A model generated the notes under the pieces. It made no database searches, was not told where the DNA came from, and worked only from the letters and a program-made list of their open reading frames with translations. Below are positions 1 to 6,030 of a stretch of DNA of 6,871 nt, in pieces; position 1 is the first letter of the stretch, and every line of letters begins with the position of its first letter. The translations under genes and the position numbers were made by a program. The stretch comes from a virus (Duplodnaviria > Heunggongvirae > Uroviricota > Caudoviricetes), in the IMG/VR virus record IMGVR_UViG_2690316346_000011. The stretch is one strand, 5' to 3'.

Positions 1-35
1 CAGCACGTTTAACGTCCTGTGCCGTTTTTCAGGTA

Positions 36-60
36 TAAAAAAACCCGCATAAAGCGGGCT
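36..60 (-). terminator. Rho-independent terminator downstream of the Q-like gene (candidate tR'-type)
   Basis: Minus strand: GC stem CCCGC (44-48) / GCGGG (54-58) with a 5-nt loop, immediately followed by a run of 7 T (complement of A37-A43). Lies about 80 nt downstream of the Q-like stop (138-140). Confidence 0.55.
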
Positions 61-119
61 CTTTCAAATGTCCATGTCTGCTATTCGCCTCGCGGTACAG
101 CTTTGCGAAGCGTACAAGA

Positions 120-148
120 ATTGAAGCAGTTTTTACGTCAAAAAGCAA
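120..148 (-). promoter_or_regulatory. Candidate late promoter (pR'-like) overlapping the 3' end of the Q-like gene
   Basis: Minus strand extended -10 TGcTTCAAT (plus 128-120) with a weak -35 TTGCTT (plus 148-143) at 17-bp spacing; predicted start near 113, giving a roughly 75-nt RNA ending at the 36-60 terminator. Motif match only. Confidence 0.2.
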
Positions 149-692
149 TAACTTTTTTCTCTATACCAAAAGCCATAACCATTGGTTTGTACAAAATAAA
201 TTCTGCCACCTTTAGCCAATGCTCAATGCGTCTTTCACAGGTTCTTAAACTCCATTTCGGGTGTGCATCATTCAGCAGTTCAGCCATTTTGCGTTTGGTC
301 ATCCCCCGCCCCTCATACCGTTGCCGAAGGACGCTAATCAATCCTGGATGCTCTGCCAGCACCTCACTTATGACCCGATCAATACATAACGCCTCTGCAT
401 CAGTACAATGCGCCAGCCAGCTCTTTTGCTTACCGTTAATCATATCCCGCAAAAAAGCCTCAAGTTCAGACTTGTTCAGACCTGCTTTTTTCATCCTCCG
501 GAGCGCCTCGTTAATTGCCGTTTTTGTCAGCTTTTTAGAGGTCAACATCAGGTTAAACATATTCCCCGTCTTACCGCCACCAATATACGACCAGCGCCCC
601 CACATACGTAGTTTTCCCTGAATCCAGACACTTTCCAGCGTGGTGAGACGAAGGTGTTCTCCGCTTTTTCCTGTATTCGTTGGGTAAATCAT
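138..692 (-). CDS. Phage antitermination protein Q-like (184 aa)
   Basis: Minus-strand ORF (track 138..812). Preferred start is ATG at 692-690, preceded by AGGAGG 7 nt upstream and overlapping the upstream stop as ATGA. It is the last gene before the terminator and follows a YbcO-like gene, as in lambdoid nin-Q regions. A W-G-x-W segment (LRMWGRWSY) recalls 21/933W-type Q proteins; this is recollection, not a search result. Confidence 0.5.
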   Translation of the reverse strand: MIYPTNTGKSGEHLRLTTLESVWIQGKLRMWGRWSYIGGGKTGNMFNLMLTSKKLTKTAINEALRRMKKAGLNKSELEAFLRDMINGKQKSWLAHCTDAEALCIDRVISEVLAEHPGLISVLRQRYEGRGMTKRKMAELLNDAHPKWSLRTCERRIEHWLKVAEFILYKPMVMAFGIEKKVIAF

Positions 693-979
693 AAATATCC
701 CTCCTTTCTCCAGATTTCTTGTGTGCGAAAAACACCTTCTGCATGCATCAGGCGTAATTCTTCTTTGGTGTAATCGCTGGTTTTTACCCGCCCGTCGATT
801 AAATCGTGGCACGAGCTACAGGCAATCGCTGCCTGCATATCGTGTGGCTTTATCGCTGTTCCGCACGTTCCCGCCAGTCGGTAATGCGCCAGCACAGACG
901 TTTCCGGATCGTGATTGCAGTAGCCAGGAATTCTGACGGTGCACATCTGCCCCCGCGCCGCTTTACGTAAATCCACCAT
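689..979 (-). CDS. DUF1364 / YbcO-like phage protein (96 aa, Cys/His-rich putative nuclease)
   Basis: ORF 689..979 translates MVDLRKAARG...CTVRIPGYCNHDPETSVLAHYRLAGTCGTAIKPHD...CSSCHD; the length and Cys/His pattern match the YbcO family of lambdoid prophages as I recall it. Start ATG overlaps the upstream stop (TAATG); stop TGA overlaps the Q-like ATG. Confidence 0.7.
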   Translation of the reverse strand: MVDLRKAARGQMCTVRIPGYCNHDPETSVLAHYRLAGTCGTAIKPHDMQAAIACSSCHDLIDGRVKTSDYTKEELRLMHAEGVFRTQEIWRKEGYL

Positions 980-1578
980 TACGCAAACTCCAGCAGCTGC
1001 GCGGCCACATTTTCGACTTGTTCCGGAGAGGAAAATTTACGGAACAGAATCCAGTTCCACAGCACATTCAGAACAGATTTATAAACCTGCTGAAACTCGG
1101 TTTCGTCCATATTCGCAAAAGCGATGGATTTTGCCCGACGCCCGCGGCTACCGTCCGGATAAAAATGTTCGGTGTAAAATCCAGCCTGAATGGTTACCCA
1201 CTCGCGAAAAGCCTCAAACGACTTTAGCAATGCCGTATCCCGGGTTCTGCGTGTCGCAACTGTATTCAGATATTGCTCTGCGGCTTCGCTCAGAGCTGGC
1301 GTATGTTCCCGACCTACTGATTCGCACAGGTAATCAACGAAACCAGACAGCAGTTCTCGTTCGCGAGGCGTGATCGCCCCACCGACCGGAGTCCAGTAAT
1401 CGAATCCCAGTTGCAGGAGTTTGAAAAAACGCTTGTGGAATGCGTAGTTACGCACACGCTTAAAGTCTGCGTGTATCCACTCACCTATTTTGATTTGATG
1501 CAGAAAATCGCAACTCTCCGGCGTCGCCGGGAGAAGTAATCCGGAAGAGGTTTGTTTGATCAGTTGTATATGCGCCAT
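979..1578 (-). CDS. Prophage protein of unknown function (199 aa, DUF1367-like by recollection)
   Basis: ORF 979..1578 starting MAHIQLIKQTSSGLLLPATPESCDFLHQIKIGEW; GGAGAA motif upstream of the ATG at 1578; stop overlaps the next start. Its 5' third is repeated at 4766-5072. The family name is from memory. Confidence 0.6.
   Translation of the reverse strand: MAHIQLIKQTSSGLLLPATPESCDFLHQIKIGEWIHADFKRVRNYAFHKRFFKLLQLGFDYWTPVGGAITPRERELLSGFVDYLCESVGREHTPALSEAAEQYLNTVATRRTRDTALLKSFEAFREWVTIQAGFYTEHFYPDGSRGRRAKSIAFANMDETEFQQVYKSVLNVLWNWILFRKFSSPEQVENVAAQLLEFA
1272..1578. repeat. Dispersed direct repeat (about 307 bp, about 97% identical) with 4766-5072
   Basis: Two copies of the DUF1367-like 5' region; flanks diverge beyond about 20 nt upstream of the ATG. 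Confidence 0.85.
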
Positions 1579-1649
1579 CGTAGTTCTCCGCTGGCGCAGT
1601 AGAATGGGTGTTCAGCCCGTTATGTAGTATACCAGAATTAATGCCAATA

Positions 1650-1862
1650 CTAACAGGATGCTCTGACTCGCAATTCATCCAGCAGTTTATCATTTCCCAT
1701 AATGTCACTTACCCTCATCGGTAAAAAAATTGCCTTTCGACCATTACGATACATCATTGATTTTTTGGTTTCAGGGAAGTAATCCATTTCGACTATAACT
1801 GACAGGTCATCACGACGTATGACTGCGTATTTACTACTAAATAGTTTCTTTATTTTTTCCAC
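1650..1862 (-). CDS. Small hypothetical phage protein (70 aa, GTG start)
   Basis: ORF 1650..1862 with GTG start (plus 1860-1862 = cac) preceded by GGAGG. It is a positional and sequence paralog of the 95-aa ORF at 5111-5398 (shared M-KI..L..FS...YAV.R.....IV and RK.GA..F segments). Confidence 0.45.
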   Translation of the reverse strand: MEKIKKLFSSKYAVIRRDDLSVIVEMDYFPETKKSMMYRNGRKAIFLPMRVSDIMGNDKLLDELRVRASC

Positions 1863-1913
1863 GATGCCTCCAGGTTTATAAGTACAAACGGTTATATCAA
1901 CATAGAGACAAAA

Positions 1914-1936
1914 GGTGATGCTGCCAACTTACTGAT
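1914..1936. repeat. IS1 left terminal inverted repeat
   Basis: 23-bp GGTGATGCTGCCAACTTACTGAT, inverted match to 2659-2681. Confidence 0.9.
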
Positions 1937-1968
1937 TTAGTGTATGATCGTGTTTTTGAGGTGCTCCA

Positions 1969-2244
1969 GTGGCTTCTGTTTCTATCAGCTGTCCCTCCTG
2001 TTCAGCTACTGACGGGGTGGTGCGTAACGGCAAAAGCACTGCCGGACATCAGCGCTATCTCTGCTCTCACTGCCGTAAAACATGGCAACTGCAGTTCACT
2101 TACACCGCTTCTCAACCCGGTACGCACCAGAAAATCATTGATATGGCCATGAATGGCGTTGGATGCCGGGCAACTGCACGCATTATGGGCGTTGGCCTCA
2201 ACACGATTTTACGTCACTTAAAAAACTCAGGCCGCAGTCGGTAA
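1969..2244 (+). CDS. insA: IS1 InsA (91 aa)
   Basis: ORF translation [46 protein letters not shown]... matches IS1 InsA as I recall it. Confidence 0.95.
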
Positions 2245-2666
2245 CCTCGCGCATACAGCCGGGCAGTGACGTCATCGTCTGCGCGGAAATGGACGAACAG
2301 TGGGGCTATGTCGGGGCTAAATCGCGCCAGCGCTGGCTGTTTTACGCGTATGACAGTCTCCGGAAGACGGTTGTTGCGCACGTATTCGGTGAACGCACTA
2401 TGGCGACGCTGGGGCGTCTTATGAGCCTGCTGTCACCCTTTGACGTGGTGATATGGATGACGGATGGCTGGCCGCTGTATGAATCCCGCCTGAAGGGAAA
2501 GCTGCACGTAATCAGCAAGCGATATACGCAGCGAATTGAGCGGCATAACCTGAATCTGAGGCAGCACCTGGCACGGCTGGGACGGAAGTCGCTGTCGTTC
2601 TCAAAATCGGTGGAGCTGCATGACAAAGTCATCGGGCATTATCTGAACATAAAACACTATCAATAA
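2163..2666 (+). CDS. insB: IS1 InsB reading frame (transposase made as InsAB' by -1 frameshift)
   Basis: ORF in the -1 frame relative to insA, translation ...[28 protein letters not shown]...; the 5' limit shown is the first in-frame start of the ORF track, while the functional product is the frameshift fusion. Confidence 0.9.
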
Positions 2667-2681
2667 GTTGGAGTCATTACC
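2659..2681. repeat. IS1 right terminal inverted repeat
   Basis: ATCAATAAGTTGGAGTCATTACC, inverted match to 1914-1936. Confidence 0.9.
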
Positions 2682-2759
2682 CAGAATGTCTATTGAAGTT
2701 CTGTTGCAAAAAAACAGTGAATTGCAGATTGTCCTGAAAACGGATGATTACCGCATAAC
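2682..2759. other. 78-bp orphan segment between the IS1 right end and the IS2 end
   Basis: Belongs to neither IS1 (ends 2681) nor IS2 (starts 2760) and does not continue the IS600-like orfB reading frame. No flanking target duplications. Confidence 0.6.
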
Positions 2760-2801
2760 TGGATTTGCCCCTATATTTCCAGACATCTGTTATCACTTAA
2801 C
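2760..2801. repeat. IS2 terminal inverted repeat (right end of the element, window-left)
   Basis: Imperfect inverted match to 4050-4090. Confidence 0.8.
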
Positions 2802-3676
2802 CCATTACAAGCCCGCTGCCGCAGATATTCCCGTGGCGAGCGATAACCCAGCGCACTATGCGGATGCCATTCGTTATAATGCTCGAACGCCTCTGCAAGG
2901 TTCTTTGCTGCCGTTAACCCGTCTGGTTTGGGCATGATACTGATGTAGTCACGCTTTATCGTTTTCACGAAGCTCTCTGCTATTCCGTTACTCTCCGGAC
3001 TCCGCACCGCCGTGTTCTTCGGTTCAAGTCCCAACATCCGGGCGAACTGGCGTGTTTCATTAGCCCGGTAGCATGAACCATTATCCGTCAGCCACTCCAC
3101 TGGAGACGACGGAAGATCGTTGCCGAAGCGGCGTTCCACCGCTCCCAGCATGACGTCCTGTACTGTTTCACTGTTGAAGCCGCCGGTAGTCACCGCCCAG
3201 TGCAGTGCCTCACGATCACAGCAGTCCAGCGCGAACGTGACACGCAGTCTCTCTCCGTTATCACAGCAGAACTCGAACCCGTCAGAGCACCATCGCTGAT
3301 TGCTTTCTTTCACGGCCACTCTGCCTGTATGTGCCCGTTTCGATGGCGGTACAGCAGGTTTTCGCTCAAGCAACAGCGCATTCTGGCGCATGATCCGGTA
3401 AACACGTTTGGCATTGATCGCAGGCATACCATCAAGTTCTGCCTGTCTGCGAAGCAGCGCCCATACCCGACGATAACCATACGTGGGCAGCTCTCCGATA
3501 ACATGGTGTATACGGAGAAGCACATCCGTATCATCAGTGTGACGACTGCGGCGGCCATCCATCCAGTCATCGGTTCGTCTGAGAATGACGTGCAACTGCG
3601 CACGCGACACCCGGAGACAACGGCTGACTAAGCTTACTCCCCATCCCCGGGCAATAAGGGCGCGTGCGCTATCCAC
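2771..3676 (-). CDS. insD: IS2 InsD (OrfB transposase, 301 aa, GTG start)
   Basis: ORF 2771..3676, translation ...[38 protein letters not shown]...[12 protein letters not shown] typical of IS2 / IS3-family OrfB; overlaps insC in the -1 frame. Confidence 0.9.
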
Positions 3677-3999
3677 TTTTTTGCCCGTCCATATTCAACG
3701 GCTTCTTTGAGGAGTTCATTTTCCATCGTTTTCTTGCCGAGCAGGCGCTGGAGTTCTTTAATCTGCTTCATGGCGGCAGCAAGTTCAGAGGCAGGAACAA
3801 CCTGTTCTCCGGCGGCGACAGCAGTAAGACTTCCTTCCTGGTATTGCTTACGCCAGAGAAATAACTGGCTGGCTGCTACACCATGTTGCCGGGCAACGAG
3901 GGAGACCGTCATCCCCGGTTCAAAGCTCTGCTGAACAATTGCGATCTTTTCCTGTGTGGTACGCCGTCTGCGTTTCTCCGGCCCTAAGACATCAATCAT
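3634..3999 (-). CDS. insC: IS2 InsC (OrfA, 121 aa)
   Basis: Translation from ATG at 3999: [56 protein letters not shown]...; the ORF-track 5' extension to 4044 is rejected. Confidence 0.9.
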
Positions 4000-4049
4000 C
4001 TGTACTCCAATGACTAGTCTAAAAACTAGTATTAAGACTATCACTTATT

Positions 4050-4090
4050 TAAGTGATACTGGTTGTCTGGAGATTCAGGGGGCCAGTCTA
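4050..4090. repeat. IS2 terminal inverted repeat (left end of the element, window-right)
   Basis: TAAGTGATACTGGTTGTCTGGAGATTCAGGGGGCCAGTCTA, imperfect inverted match to 2760-2801. Confidence 0.8.
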
Positions 4091-4092
4091 GT

Positions 4093-4722
4093 GACCGACT
4101 GGCACGTCTTCGTAAGGAGCTAAGGCTACGCTGTAAGCAGAAACGCAAGTTCAGAGCGACTACGAACTCGAACCACAATCTGCCAGTTGCGCCAAATCTG
4201 CTGAACCAGACGTTCGCTCCTACAGCACCAAATCAGGTCTGGGTGGCGGACCTGACGTATGTTGCCACACAGGAGGGATGGTTGTACCTCGCTGGCATCA
4301 AAGATGTTTATACGTGCGAAATTGTCGGCTACGCCATGGGAGAGCGCATGACAAAAGAGCTGACAGGTAAAGCCCTGTTTATGGCGCTCAGGAGCCAGCG
4401 CCCACCTGCCGGGCTAATCCACCACTCTGATCGAGGTTCACAGTACTGCGCATACGATTACCGGGTCATACAGGAGCAGTCTGGTCTGAAAACATCAATG
4501 TCGCGTAAAGGTAACTGTTACGACAACGCTCCGATGGAAAGCTTCTGGGGAACGCTGAAAAATGAGAGCCTGAGCCACTATCGTTTTAATAACCGGGATG
4601 AAGCCATCTCAGTAATACGGGAATACATTGAGATTTTCTACAATCGTCAGCGTCGTCACTCTCGTCTGGGGAATATCTCCCCGGCAGCCTTCAGGGAAAA
4701 ATATCATCAGATGGCTGCTTAA
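4093..4722 (+). pseudogene. IS3-family transposase OrfB, N-terminally truncated
   Basis: Frame translation DRLARLRKELRLRCKQKRKF...VWVADLTYVATQEGWLYLAG...HSDRGSQYCAYDY...CYDNAPMESFWGTLKNE... has the DDE-region signatures of IS3-family OrfB. The ORF-track start at 4063 lies inside IS2 and is artefactual. Confidence 0.85.
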
Positions 4723-4765
4723 AAAAAGAACAAATGGTAGTGTCCGCTATTGCCAGTACACCTCA
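4715..4765. repeat. 51-bp terminal segment of the IS600-like element, repeated inverted at 6821-6871
   Basis: 4715-4765 is the exact reverse complement of 6821-6871 by direct comparison. Confidence 0.9.
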
Positions 4766-5072
4766 ATTGCTCTGCGGCTTCGCTCAGAGCTGGCGTATGT
4801 TCCCGGCCTACTGATTCACACAGGTAATCAACGAAACCGGACACCAGTTTTCGTTCGCGAGGCGTGATCGCCCCACCGACCGGAGTCCAGTAATCGAATC
4901 CCAGTTGCAGGAGTTTGAAAAAACGCTTGTGGAATGCGTAGTTACACACACGCTTAAAGTCTGCGTGTATCCACTCACCTATTTTGATTTGATGCAGAAA
5001 ATCGCAACTCTCCGGCGTCGCCGGGAGAAGTAATCCGGAAGAGGTTTGTTTGACCAGTTGTATATGTGCCAT
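4766..5072 (-). pseudogene. 5' fragment (about 102 codons) of a second DUF1367-like gene, truncated by the IS600-like end
   Basis: From ATG at 5072 (MAHIQLVKQTSS...) the sequence is co-linear with 1272-1578 with about 8 mismatches in about 307 nt by eye, then runs into IS sequence at 4765. The ORF-track N-terminal extension to 5114 is rejected. Confidence 0.8.
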
Positions 5073-5110
5073 CGGCTTTCTCCGGTGGCACGGTGTTACA
5101 CAGCAGGAGT

Positions 5111-5398
5111 TCAATCCTGCTCAAGATTGTAGATGAGTTTATTCTTCAGCAAAAGCAGAAAACCAGCCTTAAAACCAATCTCTTTCAAAACCCGTAATGA
5201 TGTGACAAATTCGTCCTCACGCAAAATAAAACCGTCCGTCAGAAGTCCATTACAAAAATAAAATAACACAGCACCGCTCTTCCTTTGTTGAGATTGCAAA
5301 CATCTAATGCGGCAATGGCTGACAATCGCTCCATTCTCAACGCGCACAGCATAGAGGCCATTTTCACTAAAAATTTCACGCAATTCTTCGATTTTCAT
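5111..5398 (-). CDS. Small hypothetical phage protein (95 aa), paralog of the 70-aa ORF at 1650-1862
   Basis: ORF 5111..5398 with ATG start and GGAAGGA upstream; holds the same position, directly upstream of the DUF1367-like gene, as the 70-aa ORF and shares its N-terminal pattern. Confidence 0.45.
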   Translation of the reverse strand: MKIEELREIFSENGLYAVRVENGAIVSHCRIRCLQSQQRKSGAVLFYFCNGLLTDGFILREDEFVTSLRVLKEIGFKAGFLLLLKNKLIYNLEQD

Positions 5399-5516
5399 CT
5401 TCAGAATCCTTCCAGATAAATAGCTCTCCCCTGTTCGGGGTCCATCCCTCTTCTCCCTGCGCGCTACTTAAGTGAGTCGATTCTATCTGCGAAGGTGCGC
5501 GAATCAAATTCACCGG

Positions 5517-5572
5517 AAATAAACAACAAAAAACCCGCCGAAACGCTGAGAGATCACAGCGATGGGCGGGTT
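5517..5572 (-). terminator. Rho-independent terminator downstream of hok
   Basis: Minus strand: outer stem AACCCGCC (5572-5565) / GGCGGGTT (5539-5532) with an inner CGCTG/CAGCG stem (5544-5548 / 5557-5561), followed by TTTTGTTGTTTATTT (complement of 5531-5517). Confidence 0.5.
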
Positions 5573-5611
5573 AAGTGCGGGTGCGTTGAGGATGCCTGAC
5601 ACATCAGAGGT

Positions 5612-5639
5612 GGGCGGGGATGGGATCAGCTCCCCGCCC
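5612..5639 (-). promoter_or_regulatory. GC-rich hairpin 9 nt past the hok stop (candidate fbi-type 3' element)
   Basis: GGGCGGGGA (5612-5620) / TCCCCGCCC (5631-5639) perfect 9-bp inverted repeat with a 10-nt loop and no following U-run; hok mRNAs are known to carry structured 3' ends. Confidence 0.35.
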
Positions 5640-5647
5640 GGTCACTC

Positions 5648-5803
5648 TTACTTCCTGGATTCGTAGTCTACGAAGACAGCGACCTCCGTCTGGCCGGTTC
5701 GGATTCGTACCTCACAGAGGTCTTTCCTCGTTACCAGTGCCGTCACTATGACGGTTAAACAGATGACGATCAGGGCGATTAACATCGCCTTTTGCTGCTT
5801 CAT
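5648..5803 (-). CDS. hok: Hok/Gef-family type I toxin (51 aa)
   Basis: Translation MKQQKAMLIALIVICLTVIVTALVTRKDLCEVRIRTGQTEVAVFVDYESRK: a single hydrophobic helix then the conserved RKDLCEVRIRTGQTEVA motif, close to HokD/Gef as recalled. ATG at 5803 has AAGGAG 9 nt upstream; the ORF-track in-frame extension to 5860 is rejected as the start. Confidence 0.9.
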   Translation of the reverse strand: MKQQKAMLIALIVICLTVIVTALVTRKDLCEVRIRTGQTEVAVFVDYESRK

Positions 5804-5979
5804 AGCCTGCTTCTCCTTGCCTTTCGGCATGTAAGAGGCTAACCTACATGTGCAAAGCATGAAATTGGCCTCAGATTAATGTTAAGCGTCTTGCCGGACG
5901 CGTAATGTTAACTGGGGCTTTTCTCTATCTGCCTTTTGGTGTTCATGCCTGAAGCAGATAGCCTCAAGCACCCGCAGTC

Positions 5980-6009
5980 ATTCTACTTACCTCGCCAATA
6001 TGAAATCAA
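5980..6009 (-). promoter_or_regulatory. Candidate sigma70 promoter for the hok transcript
   Basis: Minus strand -35 TTGATT (plus 6009-6004), 18-bp spacer, -10 TAGAAT (plus 5985-5980); predicted start near 5973, giving a leader of about 170 nt, in the range known for hok mRNAs. Motif match only. Confidence 0.3.
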
Positions 6010-6030
6010 TCAGAAAGGTGCCCCATAAAA

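Larger units (their letters stand above)
1914..2681 (+). mobile_element. IS1, complete 768-bp copy
   Basis: Begins GGTGATGCTGCCAACTTACTGAT (1914-1936) and ends ATCAATAAGTTGGAGTCATTACC (2659-2681), the canonical IS1 terminal inverted repeats; contains insA and insB in the expected -1 frame relationship. The 9-bp flanks differ (gagacaaaa vs cagaatgtc). Confidence 0.95.
2760..4090 (-). mobile_element. IS2, complete 1331-bp copy in inverted orientation
   Basis: Termini TGGATTTGCCCCTATATTTCCAGACATCTGTTATCACTTAACC (2760-) and ...CTGGAGATTCAGGGGGCCAGTCTA (-4090) match IS2 ends as recalled; contains insC and insD overlapping at 3634-3676. The 5-bp flanks (ataac / gtgac) differ. Confidence 0.95.
4091..4765 (+). 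mobile_element. IS3-family element (IS600-like by recollection), 3' 675 bp only, truncated by the IS2 junction
   Basis: Carries the C-terminal two-thirds of an IS3-family OrfB and ends ...GGTAGTGTCCGCTATTGCCAGTACACCTCA (CA terminus at 4765). The same 51 bp occur inverted at 6821-6871. The element name is from memory. Confidence 0.75.

Noticed and set aside
408-611. 67-aa plus-strand ORF
   Set aside because: Nested antisense within the Q-like gene; shadow ORF.
19-621. 200-aa plus-strand ORF
   Set aside because: Lies antisense across the Q-like gene with no ribosome-binding site or recognisable family; best explained as a shadow ORF.
693-812. 5' extension of the Q-like ORF to the GTG at 812
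   Set aside because: It would overlap the DUF1364-like gene by 124 nt; the ATG at 692 has a near-perfect Shine-Dalgarno and an ATGA stop/start overlap.
721-1373. Plus-strand ORFs 721..936, 939..1373 and 1018..1227
   Set aside because: All antisense to the DUF1364-like and DUF1367-like genes; no independent support.
1481-1708. 75-aa minus-strand ORF
   Set aside because: Overlaps the DUF1367-like 5' end and the intergenic region in another frame; no ribosome-binding site.
1940-2152. 70-aa plus-strand ORF inside IS1
   Set aside because: Alternative frame over insA; not a known IS1 product.
2342-2632. 96-aa minus-strand ORF inside IS1
   Set aside because: Antisense to insB; shadow ORF.
2668-2937. 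89-aa plus-strand ORF spanning the IS1 end, the orphan segment and the IS2 end
   Set aside because: Chimeric read-through across three unrelated segments and antisense to insD; junction artefact.
3200-3934. Plus-strand ORFs 3200..3631, 3664..3864, 3707..3934 and minus-strand ORF 3310..3603 inside IS2
   Set aside because: Antisense or alternative-frame to insC and insD; not known IS2 products.
4000-4044. 5' extension of insC ([15 protein letters not shown])
   Set aside because: IS2 InsC starts at MIDVLGPEK (ATG at 3999); the extension runs into the terminal inverted repeat.
4063-4092. ORF-track start of the IS600-like orfB fragment (MSGDSGGQSS)
   Set aside because: These codons lie inside the IS2 terminal repeat; the orfB frame is simply open across the junction.
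4628-4867. 79-aa plus-strand ORF across the IS600-like end into the DUF1367 fragment
   Set aside because: Chimeric across the IS junction and antisense to the DUF1367 fragment.
1272-5072. The repeat as a recent segmental duplication or assembly artefact
   Set aside because: The copies differ at about 8 positions and their flanks diverge, so they are distinct paralogous loci; assembly collapse cannot be fully excluded from sequence alone.
5073-5114. N-terminal extension MNSCCVTPCHRRKP of the DUF1367 fragment ORF
   Set aside because: The paralog at 1578 starts at MAHIQ, and the ATG at 5072 has the ribosome-binding site; the extension would also overlap the 95-aa ORF stop.
5804-5860. In-frame N-terminal extension of hok (MLCTCRLASYMPKGKEKQA)
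   Set aside because: Hok-family toxins are about 50 aa and the AAGGAG motif sits in front of the ATG at 5803; the extension is more likely leader sequence.
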